64,000 nt of DNA from Octopus sinensis (taxonomy: Eukaryota), in contig NC_043002.1 in NCBI RefSeq assembly GCF_006345805.1, positions 23,436,001-23,500,000 of the forward strand, in the 5' to 3' direction. Position 1 is the first letter of the stretch; each line of letters begins with the position of its first letter. The notes under the pieces were generated by a model. The model made no database searches. It was not told the origin of the DNA and saw only the letters and a program-made list of their open reading frames with translations. The position numbers and the translations under genes were made by a program. Positions 1-13,342 of this stretch are shown in pieces.

Positions 1-971
1 GCGTATGAACATTTTCTATATCCAGTTTAGCTATGTTTGCATCACATGTTTAAATTTGTAGGACGCTGACTCTGTGTCTATACTAACAAAGCCATTAAAG
101 GCCCTGCTAATTTATTCAGAGCTATATGCAATTATATGGTCATTTAAATATTTAATATCTAATATAATAGAAAATTATTTTGCAAGAAATTGTATAACTG
201 CAGTTATGTAAGGTGTATAGAGTGTGTATAGTATGTAAAATATTAAGTTCACAGAACCATGCAGCGGATACGGTGTTGTTTTATGATAATGTAGTTTTAG
301 GGGGTTTTTAAAGATAAATATGAATGTAGAATGTATAATTTAAATGACACAAAAATAAAATAGTATCCAGAGAAATGTATTATTTTAAAAACATGGTTTA
401 AACTAGGAAGTAAATGTGGTAATGGATTTTAGTGTAATTATATCTATATTTGTATTAATGTTTCCTTGGGGAAAAAACAAACATTAATATTATAGGTGGT
501 AATTAGGAGAATCGATATAGAGAAGCTGAAAGGATGTTAATAGAAACCTAAAATTGTATTTGTAAGCATAATGTAAAAATGTAAGTCAGGAGCTAATATA
601 ATTATAAAGTTATAATTTAAAGATAACTTATCTGAAAGGCGATGTCGATGTCATTTAGTATTAAGTGTAATCTAATTTTATTAAGATGGCCATATCTTAT
701 ATATGTACATAATTGGCAACAGAGAGCTTTGAAATTCGTGAAAATAGCGCTACTTAAATGTTTTTCTGAATGTGTTTCCTTCTACCCACATGGAACATTT
801 AAAACTTCCCAACACTCAAAACCTCTAATCTTCTCTATCATAAATATTTAACACATCACTGCAACATCAACTACACACTTATACCATGTAGGGATTTTTT
901 TTATAGTATGAGCATTTTACTCCACTTTACTCAATAGAACAAACTTCCTCACTTGATATTTTATGTAATCA

Positions 972-1362
972 CTAGCAGTATCGCCCGGTGTTGCTCGGGT
1001 TTGTTTCGACCCTTTAGAATTGGAATTTTTGAAAAGTAAAAATTTTGCATTATGTAGCTTGTTATTCTCTTTAGGTGAACATTTTTCTGGTTGAAATACA
1101 CCGAAAAATGGCGACACAGCAGTAAAAAAATCGTAAAAAATAGGGATTTTCATAGAAAAAAAAAGCACCTTTTTGATGTAAATAATTTTTGGTGTTAACA
1201 TGGTCAGATTTGAATTTTCTTCTTCTACGAAAGGAAGAGCAAGCCTTCTTCTATCATACTCTCAATTTTGGTCAATTTGCGCCGCAGGGTCTCGAAGGAG
1301 ATAGTGTTAGTTGAAGGCTACCAAACCTGCCAAACACAGACAACTTCAGCTTTATAGAGAGA
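972..1362 (-). mobile_element. Non-autonomous Helitron-like element
   Basis: On the - strand it starts TC(TCTA/TATA)..., ends with a GC-rich hairpin (CCCGAGCAACACCGGG) about 8 nt before CTAG, and sits between target A and T with no TSD. Confidence 0.7.
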
Positions 1363-1373
1363 TTTGTCACTGT

Positions 1374-1715
1374 AAATTGGACAAGGACTGGTTGGTGGAA
1401 TATTAAGGTTAATCAAAATTTAAATATTTAAATGTGATTTTGATGTAATAACTAATGAGTGTAGGTTGGTTTTCAGCTCTTTTCTTACCGAGCTATTATT
1501 CTGCTGAATCCTTCAACCAGTGTCTGTAAAATTTATTACCTACTTCATAACATTGTCACGCAGGGTTAATATTACTCTCTTATATCTCATGCTTTCGATT
1601 ATTCTTAAGAAACGACAAACCAACCTACACTCATTAGTTATTACATCAAAATCACATTTAAATATTTAAATTTTGATTAACCTTAATATTCCACCAACCA
1701 GTCCTTGTCCAATTT
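1374..1715. repeat. Long inverted repeat (about 99-bp arms, about 144-bp spacer)
   Basis: 1374-1472 is the reverse complement of 1617-1715 (aaattggacaaggactgg...gtaggttggttt / aaaccaacctac...ccagtccttgtccaattt). Confidence 0.9.
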
Positions 1716-2585
1716 GCAATAATTTACAAATGATCATAAATTTAGATTTCTCTCTACACTCTGCATCAGACTTCTACTACAGTTCATCGTTGTCTTCCTT
1801 CCATCCACACCCTTTCCTCCAGCGCTTAACTCTGACCACGTTTCAACCATTTACGAACTGCCTTATTCAATGTAATTACAATAAACCTAATAACCTCTAT
1901 AAACATATATCATAAACAAACACAACCATCCTAAATATTACATTGTAGCCAGTTAGATCTTACACACACATTATCATCTCCTTGACCCTACACCTCATCT
2001 TATTTTGAGACCTAGTGTATCTTGGACTACCTCATGCAATGTGTTCTTCCTGTGTTCATATGACATTAAGTTGTACATTGAGTGTGACTCGGTTATTTCT
2101 AAATTTGAAACTATATTATTGTTATTAATGTTGTTATTCTTGTTGTTGTTAATGTTGTTATTCCTGTTGTTATTGTTCTTCTTGTTTTTGTTCTTCTTGT
2201 TGCTCTGATGTTATTGTTCGTCTTCAAATAATCTCCCTAAGATTTCGTGACGTTGATAAACGAGAACGAGGTGAAGTCAACCTCACCTTAAACCCAAAGT
2301 ATTGATTTCGAGGCTGGAGACTTTTTCTGCTCTATTCTTTTCTTTCTTTTTTTCCGTGTTCACTTTCCTTCTGTTTCTTTTGTTCTTCTCTTCTCTTTTA
2401 CTTTCCTGTTTTTTTTTTTTTATCGCAATCATCCTTTCTTTCATTCTATCCACACTGAAATGTGTTTCTGTATTCAAGTAGACTTTCTCCTCATTTTTCT
2501 CTTTTTGTTTTATTCACCTTTCCATCTCCTAACCTTTTTCTCCTCTCTCTCCCTCTCCTTTTCTCTCTGTCCTTCGCGCTTTTGC

Positions 2586-2595
2586 TCTCTCTCTC

Positions 2596-2663
<68 letters not shown>

Positions 2664-2761
2664 AAACACTTTATATTTTTTCAATCTTCCTCTCTTTCCC
2701 CTCTTTTTCGCTCTGGTTCTCAATCTCTTTTGTTCTCATTATCTTTATGTATGTGTATAGC

Positions 2762-2826
<65 letters not shown>

Positions 2827-2908
2827 ATAAACATACATACATACATACATACATACATACATACATACATACATACATACATACATGCATACATATATAT
2901 ATATATAC
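2586..2908. repeat. Compound microsatellites (CT)n, (TA)n, (CATA)n
   Basis: Read directly; source of several spurious ORFs. Confidence 0.95.
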
Positions 2909-2989
2909 TTTTCGCATTTCTTCTTCTCTTGGTTGGATCTGAGAGCTCTGTCTATGATCCTTGCACTTCCGTTGAGACTGGGAAGATTG

Positions 2990-3720
2990 ATTACGTTAAC
3001 GATTCCTTTAAACTATCACATGTCAACGGCTGTAAAAAAGAAAAAAATTAAATCAACGTAGCCATGGAAGGAATTATAGAGGAATGACATCTTGGGCAGA
3101 AAGGATATTACGTAGTAGCTAATACGAAGCCTGAAATGTATAGACTCAATGTCTGTGTGAGACGAGAGAAGGAAAGACAAATGACACAGAAATACCTGGA
3201 TAGAGGTATCACATAACTAGTAAACTCTATGCAGCAGGAGTCGCTATGCTAGAGACTGAAATCGCTGGAGACGAAATTGTGTGACAGAGTTTTGAGTATT
3301 TTTGTGGGTTCAAGCCAATCAGTTGTGTGAGTTTTCTCTGGATGCAGTTTAAGATGCTCGTTTATATTGCAACAACACTGTCTCAAATATAGAAGCACAG
3401 TTTTCCAGTGTGAGTTTCACCTAAGCTTTACAGGGAGTCAGTAATCGTTGGAAGTTAAAATGTTTTTTGGAAGGAGGGGATGCTGTAGAGAAAGACCAGT
3501 CTTTGCTTTGAGATACAGCATTTGCCATTTTAAGGATATGCTTTAGCTAGGAAAGATCTTCAGTGATGGTGAGGATTGGCATCTGGGGCAATGTGCAGTG
3601 GTTGTGATATTTTACTGTTGAACGGGAAAAGATTGACATTACCCAAATGATTAATGTTTTCACGTTCTCTCGGGTTTCTTTCTGATGGCCAAATGTGATA
3701 CCTGTCAGTGCTCTAAGTAG
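2990..3720 (-). mobile_element. Degraded LINE 3' region (reverse transcriptase C-terminal remnant)
   Basis: Broken - strand translation ITEDLS*LKHI...LLTPCKA*VKLTLENCASI...LNCIQRKLTQLIG resembles the post-RT motifs 'L.W..HI', 'LYKA.VRP.LEYCS.IW' and 'L..IQRKA..LI' of CR1/L2-group LINEs. Confidence 0.5.
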
Positions 3721-4084
3721 GCTTATGCTAATAATATACTTGGTTTTTTTTTTCCTTTTTTTACAGTTTTTATACGCCGTTTGTGCACTATGCCTTCCAT
3801 ATGCACTGTACGAATTTAGTAGAATATAACCCTAAGTATATTTTAACTTTTGTGTATGTAGTATATTTCTATTGCCGCCGTACGTAAGATGCGTGGTGTA
3901 TGCGAGAGATTCGAAATAAGGACACCTACCTTCTCTTCGCTAGACAGAGACCTCTCAGTGGTAATGGATCCTTCAACACAGCTCGACCCGAACACTAGAA
4001 ATAGCAGCTGCTTCTCCCCTACCTTAACAACGTGCTCACGCGTCTGACTCCTTAGGTTACCTCGATCGAAAAAAGGCCCAATCC

Positions 4085-4200
4085 TACCCTGCCTGCGCGC
4101 GCGTCACTCCTGCCCCTTCTTCTTCCGGTCAGCCCTAAATTCCGGTCAGCTCCCCAGCTGCTGACGTCATCCCACAAGATGATAAGAGATTTTATATGAT
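4085..4200 (+). promoter_or_regulatory. Candidate promoter / non-coding first exon of the copine-like gene
   Basis: Local CpG-rich patch with a perfect CRE TGACGTCA (4162-4169), duplicated TTCCGGTCAGC ETS-like sites (about 4123 and 4140), and a possible donor GTATGT at 4259. The first coding exon begins with an acceptor at 7915, so an upstream exon is expected. Confidence 0.4.
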
Positions 4201-4554
4201 TTATTGTAAATAGTGTTACGAATGTTGCAGACACCTTGTATGCAATTGTAGACATGTTGTATGTAATACGTAATAATTTTCTGTATGAAGCATATATATG
4301 TTGTTGTGTGTAATGATTAACTGCAATTAGTATTCATTGGTGTTGCTGTTATTGAGATAAATAGTCGATTTGGCATGTATTAACATAGTTTATCGGTTTG
4401 AAACCAGATTTCGAAATTGTTGTTGAAAGGTTGGACTGCTGTGTTTGAAGAGAAGTGGAAATATGGAATTGTGATATTACTACGTATGAGGATGTGTATA
4501 TGTAGTGGAGAGGTGGGACAAAATTATGTAGGTTCGGGTTTTAAGAAGTGATAT

Positions 4555-4730
4555 GCGCATGTGTAGCTAGCTGTATGGTAAGCAGTTTGTTTCCCAGTCT
4601 CATGGTTCCGGGTTCGTTCGGCCCTACCGTGTAGCGCCTTGAGGAGGTGCCTTCTCTATAGCATCAGGCCAACGAAAACCTTGTGAGTGGATTGGTAGAC
4701 GGAAAATGAAAGAAGCCCGTCGTGCATGCG

Positions 4731-4768
<38 letters not shown>

Positions 4769-5270
4769 TGGTGTGTGTGTGTGTGTGTGTGTGTATGCGT
4801 GTGTGTGCGTGTGTGTATTTATATCTGTGTTTATCCCCAGCACCAATTGTCAACCGGTATTCGTGTGTTTCTGTCCCCGTAACCTAGCGGTATTTCGTCT
4901 GCCATTACGTTCTGGGTTCAAATTCCGTCGAGGTTGACTTTGCCTTTCATCCTTTCGGGGTCGATTAAATAAGTACCAGTTACGCACTGGGGTCGATATA
5001 ATCGACTTAATCCGTTTGTCTGTCTCTGTCCTTATTTGTTCTCTCTATGTTTAGCCCCTGTGGGTAGTAAAGAAATAGGTATTTCGTCTGCCGTTACGTT
5101 CGGAGTTCAAATTCCGCCGAGGTCGACTTTGCCTTTCATCCTTTCGGGGTTCAATAAGTTAAGTATCAGTTACGCACTGGGGGGGGGGTCGATGTAATCG
5201 ACTTAACCCCTTTGTCTGTCCTTGTTTATTCCCTCTATTTTTAGCCCCTTGTGGGCAATAAAGAAATAAG
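4555..5270 (+). mobile_element. tRNA-derived SINE cluster (family B copy followed by a dimeric family A copy)
   Basis: Family B head GTGGTAAG...GGTTC and body AAAGCCTTGTGAGTGGATTTGGTAGACGGAAA; family A core GAGTTCAAATTCCGCCGAGGTCGACTTTGCCTTTCATCCTTTCGGGGTCGAT. Both recur many times in the window. Confidence 0.8.
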
Positions 5271-6261
5271 AAATGAAAATGGTTTACGGCACGAAAGAAA
5301 TCACTTTAAACAAGATAAAATAATATTCGCAATGCCTTATCTCTCCTAAGTATACAAGTAGGAGATTTTACGTAAAATTAATTTTAATGATATCATCGAA
5401 GACTTTTCAATTAAAAAAGAAAAAAAGACGTAGGAGAAAGCATTTCAAATATAAATAAAGTGGAAGTATATAAAAATAAGCATTATTTTGCATCTTACAG
5501 TGAATTTTGTTTCATCTTGAAATATATAAATTTACTTAATGGTTTATTATTGTTTACATTTTGAATTATTTTTGTTTGCATTTTGAACCATTTGCATATA
5601 TTTGAGGGCGCCAAAACCTTCAAAGTGCTTAGGGCCTCTATGGGTCTTAATCCGGCCCTGTTTATAGGTATGTCAACATTATCTGAAAGTGTTAAAAGAT
5701 CGTTTATTGCTTAAAATAGCGGTGACCACAAAAGGTCAGTAATTGCATTTTGACAATACAGCTTGATGACATCGAAGTTATCACTTGCATTCAGAACTGG
5801 CTGTTGTGAAACGTGATGGACATATTCATCGCTTAATATGATCTTAATAAACCTCCGGGCATATCTACTTTTATTGCAACGAATTTTCCCAATGTTTATT
5901 CATGTCGTGTGCTTGTCTTATATGTGTCAAATTATAAACTTATGCATGTATGTTTGTGTGTGTGTGTTTACATATAAACGTGTGTTGGAGTGGACAGAAG
6001 CGCTCGTGTACACTTATATAGATCTATCCGCGCGTGTGTCTTATATGTGTATATATGTGTATGAAAAGTTTCCCTATAAATTTAAAATTACCCCGCAAAA
6101 AATCACAAGAATCAGATGAGCACAGACCTTACATTGGTTAGTAGGTGTTATTGATTATCTTATTCATAGTAAATGCATATGTGTATGTGTATATATATAC
6201 ATAGGTGTATGTATATTTATATATGTGTGTGTATGTATGTGTGTGTCTACGTGAGTGTATA

Positions 6262-6303
<42 letters not shown>

Positions 6304-6375
6304 GTGACCGCGTGTGTACCGTTGGCGATTATTTTTTCCTCCGTCTTCCCTTCTTTGGATCTTTCCTTTTCCTGT

Positions 6376-6410
6376 GTTTCTGACGAAGAGCTCCGCTCGA
6401 AACGTTAAAC
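6376..6410 (+). ncRNA. Minimal type I hammerhead ribozyme motif
   Basis: gttt-CTGACGA-a-gagc(tcc)gctc-GAAAC-GTT-aaac: complete core, 4-bp stem I, 4-bp stem II and palindromic AACGTT stem III. Lies in a roughly 200-bp element (6305-6510) flanked by (TA)n. Confidence 0.7.
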
Positions 6411-6524
6411 CCTCCTTTCTTTCTTTCCTGAGCGTCCAATAGTACTATACTTGTTCCACGTCCTCGCGTTGTTGTGCTTTCTCTTTGTGTTTTCATATTT
6501 GGATTAACTATATATATATATATT

Positions 6525-6646
6525 TCCCGACCACACGGTTCCAGGTTCAGTCCCACTACATGGCTGCGTGGCACCTTGAGTAAGTGCCTTCCATTATAGC
6601 CTCGGGCCGACCAAAGCCTTGTGATCGGATTTGGTAGACGGAAACA

Positions 6647-6687
<41 letters not shown>

Positions 6688-6905
6688 TGTGTGTGTGTGT
6701 GTGTGCGTGTGTGTGTCTTTGTGTATATGTTTCCCCCCCCACATCGCTTGACAACTGATGTTAGTGTGTCTACGTCCCCGTAAACTTAGAATAAGTACTA
6801 GGATTATAAAGAATAAGTCCTGGGATCGATTTCTTCGACTAAAAACCCTTTAAGGTGATGCTCCAGTATGGCCGCAGTCAAATGACTGAAACAAGTAAAA
6901 GAAAA

Positions 6906-6908
<3 letters not shown>
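6525..6908 (+). mobile_element. SINE family B with internal (GT)n
   Basis: Matches other copies (10665-11070 on -, 24655-25005, 27200-27525, 37990-38360, 43403-43690, 48515-48890 on -, 49980-50335). Confidence 0.8.
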
Positions 6909-6975
<67 letters not shown>

Positions 6976-7770
6976 GAGGAGGGACGAATATATGTGAACA
7001 TTTGTGAATGTGTGTGTGTGTATATGAACATATGAATGTGTAGGAGTGGAGTGTGATTTCTAATTCCTAAACCATTCTACATAATTTTAAGTTACTAGCT
7101 TTGTTTAAAGGCTTATTCTTTCTTTGCATTCACACCGAGCTATTATACGGGCGTGATAAGAAGTGAGATAGCAAGCCAATTGTAAATCAATTTGAAGTAG
7201 GAAACATCTATGGGTGAAGAAGGCTGTACGATACTGGACTGATTTGCTCAAACGTCGTGCTGACTTTACGGGAGACATTAAATATTAAGAGATAAGAAAA
7301 ATGCAGACAGAAAAATAATTTAAATTATGTTTTATTAATTTATTTATTCATCTTGTTATTTGCCTATTTGCCTTTTACTTTATTTTTTTCTATAACCACT
7401 CATTTTCTTGACCGGTTGAACTGAATTTGTGGTTTATGATTTTATGGTATTTGTTTTGTTATGTGTGTTTTTATTTTCTTGTTTGTTTTAAGCAAAACGC
7501 TTTGTGTTCGTACCTGAAGCGTCTACACTTACCAATGTTACTGAAAGAATACTGTATGATGAATTGTTTAATATATTATATAACATTTCGGCAATGATCT
7601 ACTAGCAAAGTGGAAATGAAACAATTGTAGTGTTATGCGATAAAGAATATTTGCTCAATCCAATCTCTTTTGTTTATGTGCGTGCGTGCGTGCGCGCCGT
7701 GTATGTGTGTGTGTGTGTGTGTGTGTATACAGAGAGAGAAAGACAGACAGACAAACAGATAAACAGACAG

Positions 7771-7855
<85 letters not shown>

Positions 7856-7937
7856 CTTCTTTTCTACGTGTTTTCCATATGTATCACTTATTCTTATATT
7901 TTTCTTATTTTTCAGTGTGATATGAAGTCGCCCCGTG

Positions 7938-8609
7938 ATGACAGTGTTATCTCTTGTGCTGTATGTTCTGGCAGTTGTTGCCGGTTTAATCCTGTTCGGA
8001 CTTTATCGTCAAAGGTCGGAAAGCGCTAAAGAAGAACTGGTTTCTGACGACGCTGTTTACACCCGCTACAAAGTAAAACCTTCCATATTTTCGGTACTCG
8101 GCATCCAGTACTATGGCAACAGTAACTATTTCTGTTCGTTTGACGACCATTTCGAGTCTTTCGACGCCGTCAGCAAGGCCTGTAGACGAGCTGGTCTGGA
8201 ACATTGTCAGTTGATAGTGGGAGTGGACTTTACAGCCAGCAACGAGTGGCAAGGTCGAAAAACGTTCAACGGCCAGTGCCTACATAAAATTTGGCCAGGC
8301 AAGGTTTTGAACCCTTACCAAAAGGTCATATCGATTTTGGGACAGACCCTGGAGCCGTTCGACGAAGACAAACTGATTCCTGCCTTCGGTTTTGGCGATA
8401 CGAAAACAATGAACCAGGATGTTTTCTACCTGAATCCATCGGAGAATCCATGTTACGGTTTCCACGAAGTGCTGGAGCGGTATAACGAAGCGGTTCGAAA
8501 TATCACTCTAAGTGGCCCCACCACTTTCTGCCCCATCATTGAAAAAGCTATCGAGATTGTTAAAGAGAAAAATACCTACCACATCCTGGTGATTATTGCT
8601 GATGGCCAG
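7938..8609 (+). CDS. Copine-family vWA domain protein, coding exon 1 (hydrophobic N-terminus plus vWA)
   Basis: Acceptor ttttcag at 7915, ATG at 7938, donor CAG|GTAAGC at 8609 (phase 0). Motifs LIVGVDFTASN, NPYQKVI, FDEDKLIPAFGFGD, LSGPTTF and YHILVIIADGQ are typical of copine/RGLG vWA domains. Confidence 0.92.
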
Positions 8610-8701
8610 GTAAGCACTCGACACCTTTCGGTATTGTTATACCTTGTGCTTGTGTTATTGATGTAACCGTTTGTACTTTTCTTGTTCCTTTCGAGTACAT
8701 G

Positions 8702-8770
<69 letters not shown>

Positions 8771-9287
8771 GTGTGTGTGTGTGTTCTCAGGGGCATCAGA
8801 GGCCAATTACAAAGGTAACATATCACAGAAGAGTCAGAGAGCTACGTAATCGCTACAATGTAGTTCCTGATCCCACACTCGCACACACAATTCAGAAAGT
8901 CATTACCTAAGTGTGTTTTCTTCACTGCTTAATTAATTATATAAAATGTTCCTTGCATTAAACTTGAGAATATTTACTAATATATTCTTTTCCATAAAGA
9001 AAACTTCATATTTAATTATTAAATCGAGAATCGATTCTATTTTCCTACGCTAACATAAGCAATCTTGCTTATTTATTTGGTGATTCTTTCACCTGTACTT
9101 CAACAAGTACCGTAAAAATCTGTTCTTCGCTGGTAAGGTCAGAATAAAGCACAAACATTTACGGAATAGCCAAAATATATTAATCATTGACGGACAAATT
9201 TCTAGCTAGTTTCTTTTCTTTTTTTTTTGTACAAAATATGTTAAATATGTAAATGCTAACATTAGTTACTATACTGGGGAGTATGAA

Positions 9288-9702
9288 GGCGGCGAGCTGG
9301 CAGAAACGTTAGCGCACCGGGCGAAATGCGTAGCTGTATTTCGTCTGCCGTTACGTTCTGAGTTCAAATTCCGCCGAGGTCGACTTTGCGTTTCATCCTT
9401 TCGGGGTCGATTAAATAAGTACCAGTTACGCACTGGAGTCGATATAATCGACTTAATCCGTGTGTCTGTCCTTGTTTGTCCCTTCTGGGTTCAGCCTTTT
9501 GTGGGTAGTAAAGAAATAGGTATTTCGTCTGTCGTTACGTTCTGAGTTCAAATTCCGCCGAGGTCGACTTTGCCTTTCATCATTTAGGGGTCGATAAATA
9601 AAGTACCAGTTACGCACTGGGATCGATGTAATCGACTTAATCCGTTTGTCTATCCTTGTTTGTCCCCTCTGTGTTTAGCTCCTTGTGGGTAATAAAGAAA
9701 TA
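9288..9702 (+). mobile_element. SINE family A (tRNA-derived, Deu/Nin-like core), dimeric, with target-site duplication
   Basis: Head GGCGGCGAGCTGGCAGAAACGTTAGC, two cores, AAAGAAATA tail; flanked by the direct repeat TATACTGGGGAGTATG (about 9270 and 9703). Confidence 0.85.
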
Positions 9703-10304
9703 TATACTGGGGAGTATGCATGGAACATTTTTGTCTTTCTTTATATGTTTAATAATTGTGACTCTGTACGATATCATGGAAACAGTTTGGCGCGAGGTAG
9801 CTAGATTGCTTGGGTTTTGCAGACTCGTAAACCACTTCTAGGTAAAAGCTAGAGTAAGGAGGAAGTATCATGAATACGACAAATAGTAATAAAATAACTG
9901 ATGAAAGATATAAATGTGATACAATGGTAATAAATTATCTGAAGGTGATAAAATACAGTGACTGAAACGACAATAGAGGAGCTAATAAAATGAAATAAAA
10001 TGATAATAAAAAATATCAATAAAAATATTAAAGTTAAGGAAATCGCCAACATTGAGCAGAGAACTTGTTAACCCTGTGGTTAAAGAAATCAAGATCATAG
10101 TCTGTACGAAAAGAACTGAAAGAGAATTTATTCTAGTGTTCAACTGTTCTGGGTGGGGAGTCTCTATATGGAACTAGCCATTCATCCAGGAAGCTCGGAT
10201 ACAAGTCAGTTACGAAACTATGTATAACTCATAATGTAAATATTATGTATGATATATACAGAATAGTGTATAATTAACAGCTATTATTTTTATTATTATT
10301 ATCA

Positions 10305-12631
10305 TTGCCTTTGCATAGCTTCTAACGCTGGAGATGTACTACGTTCACTACCAGTGAACTAAGGTAACACCTCTTATTTTTCGAACACTTTCCGGAGTAT
10401 TCGAGCGGTTCTAAGCAGTGCTGTTTTCTGCAAGTGCTCCACCCTTATTGCAGACCCTATTTGTTCTATGTACTTCTCAAGATTTTTTACTCACTGTTCC
10501 CAGGGCTCCGACAATTATTGGTACTACTACCACTTTTTTCATCGACCACAACTGTTAAACCTCCCAAGCTAACCGGTCATATCTATCGACTTTTCTTACT
10601 TCCTTATCGCATACCTTGTTATCAGGTGAGCATGCTATATCTATGATCCAGCATAGTTTGCTTTACTCTTTACTCTTTTACTTGTTTCAGTCATTTGACT
10701 GCGGCCATGCTGGAGCACTGCCTTTAATCGAGCAACTCGACCCCGGGACTTATTCTTTGTAAGCCCAGTACTTATTATATCGGTCTCTTTTGCCGAACCG
10801 CTAAGTAATGGGGACATAAACACACCAGCATCGGTTGTCAGGCAATGCTAGGGGCACAAACACAGACACACAAACACACACACATATACATATATATATA
10901 CATATATACGACAGGCTTCTTTCAGTTTCCGTCTACCAAATCCACTCACAAGGCTTTGGTCGGCCCGAGGCTTTGTAGAAGACACTTGCCCAAGGTGCCA
11001 CGCAGTGGGACTGAACCCGGAACCATGTGGTTGGTAAACAAGCAACCTACCACACAGCCACTCCTGCGCCTTTCTTTCTCAATTAAGACAATGTCTGACT
11101 TCCTATTCTCAATCTCATGGTCGCACTGAATCATAAAATCCCACAGGATCTTTGCATTATCATTTTCGATGATGCCTTCGGGTTTGTGGTCGTACCAATT
11201 TTTTGCTCTGTCAAGTCTATACTTGTTGCAAAGTGTCCAATGGACAAGCCTAGCTATATTGTCGTGGCGTCTCTTATACTCCTTCCGGGCTAGTGGCGTA
11301 CATTGGCCGGTAATATGCCATACGGTTTAACCATTTTATCCACAGATTCTGCACTTATCACTTTCTGATGTGTTGTCTATGCTGTATTTTTATGTAGTAT
11401 GTTCTTAGTGCTTTCTCTTGGGCAGCACAGATTAGAGCCTCCGTTTCCGGTTTTAAATCACTTTTAGTCATCCACAACCATCTTTTTTCTCTCTCTGTCT
11501 TATCTTCAACATCCCTATGAAGTTGTCCATGCATTCTTTTCTTTACCTACCTATTTTCAGTTTCATTCGTTTTCAATTGCTTGTACAGTGCAATCTTTCA
11601 TCCTACACAGGCCTGACCTTCTTACTTCTAATAGTAACGGTTCTGTGGCATTTTTTACATACCATATTATGTTGCTTTCTTCTGCTCTAATGCTGTGTTC
11701 GCATCCAATAAGTCTTCTTCCTCCTCTTTTTCTTGGTACACACAGTCTGTCTGTGTCACTTTTGGGGGTGGAGTGTCCCATATCTAGTCAGCAACTTCCT
11801 TGTCTCTCTGTCTAAGCTGTTTAGTTCGTCTACTGTCCATGCGATAACCCTTGCTCCACATCTAAGGAGTGAAACCGCCCAGGTGTTGATAGCTTCAATC
11901 ATATTCCGTCCCGTTTAATTTCGACTTAAGGATCAGTCTCAGTCTGCGCAAGTACTCCACCTTAAATTTTTCTGTCATTTCTTTTTTCATCAATTTCTCC
12001 ATTTCCAAAATCTCCAAGTACTTATAGGCCATCCCTTCGTAACCTCCCGCGACGATATCGATAGCCCGTCCATACATTTGATTTTGCTTCTCTTCAAGAC
12101 TAAAACACCACACTTTCTCAGTCCGAACTCCATTCTGATATCATCACTGAAAGTATACACCGTATCAACGAGGGAACTGACTTGGGTTTCATTATTGGAT
12201 TTGAGGTCATCCATGACCTTTTGTTGGAAGCTTTTGAATACACACCCAGCTTTTGCTTTCCTCGGGATCAGTGTTAGTGGTATCAAGCACAGTACAAAGA
12301 TAAGTAGGAACAAGCAGTCCCCTTGGAAGATGCCCCCGCCCCGATTTCTACTGTCCCTAAACTTCTTCCGCATGCTGTCAAGTCCGTCCTCCAATTCACC
12401 ATAATTTTTCCAAGCAATCGCTCAACATTCGATGCAATCCCAAACAGGTTCATACACTCCATAATCCAAGAATGTGAGATCGTATCGTACGCCTTACGAT
12501 AGTCGATCCATGACATGGCTAAGTTACTTTTCCTCCTCTTGCAGTCTCTAAGTACAGTTTTGTCTATCAGGAGTTGATCCTTCGTACCTCTGTACTTTCG
12601 CTTGCAACCCTTCTGCTCATGGGGCAAGACA
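10305..12631 (-). mobile_element. 5'-truncated, frameshifted R4/Dong-like non-LTR retrotransposon (RT plus restriction-like endonuclease)
   Basis: Fragments EQKGC...GTKDQLLID...[45 protein letters not shown], a CCHC-like CRICG...H...C and RKSDIVLIEK. Both ends abut (TAA)n; a SINE interrupts it at about 10665-11070. Confidence 0.85.
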
Positions 12632-12643
12632 TTATTATTATTA

Positions 12644-12690
<47 letters not shown>

Positions 12691-13246
12691 GAGTGAGAGA
12701 GCAGTGCATGCCATCAAAGTGACACTAGGGTAAAATATACGAAGCCCAGTATACCCATCATGACTACCCGTCTGATAAGGGTACACCAGGCACATGCATC
12801 ACAACCATATGTGCGCGACATGGTGATCTCATATCAAGATAAACAGCACATGACCTTGCAGGTGAGGCCCAATTAGAATTTTCTTCTGGTCGAGTAACCC
12901 ATCCCGCTCAAGAGGCCCCTGAATAAGGGTTGTTTAAAGATGTTAAACGAAACACCCATGTTTCCAAAGGTGAATTATTCAAACCCCAAAGAATCCCTCT
13001 CAAGACATGGCTATGATGTTCCCCCACTACTTCTGCTTGTGATCAGAGATGCATATATCGTCAGCCGCTAAGGGACAAACTCAACTGGTTAAGGTCAAAC
13101 AACTGACAAGCAAATCTGTGGTATTGAGCAGAATATTTCCTGTAGCCCATCTTTTATACCAGACAAAACTATGTACATGATAAGACTTCCAATCAGTTAA
13201 GATCAGAAGACACGAGATCTACTGTCTGGTACTGCATCAGGGCATT
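12691..13246. mobile_element. Unclassified non-coding element of about 555 bp inserted in (TAA)n
   Basis: Complex-sequence block bounded sharply on both sides by (ATT)n arrays, directly beside the R4/Dong-like element; no ORF. Confidence 0.45.
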
Positions 13247-13262
13247 TATTATTATTAATTAA

Positions 13263-13342
<80 letters not shown>

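Noticed and set aside
1-900. Possible decayed LINE RT on the - strand (IILDIKYLNDHI-like)
   Set aside because: Only a faint motif resemblance; cannot be supported without an alignment.
8610-8666. C-terminal hydrophobic tail of the 243-aa ORF as a second TM helix
   Set aside because: Intron read-through past a strong GTAAGC donor; the vWA domain continues in exon 13767-14096.
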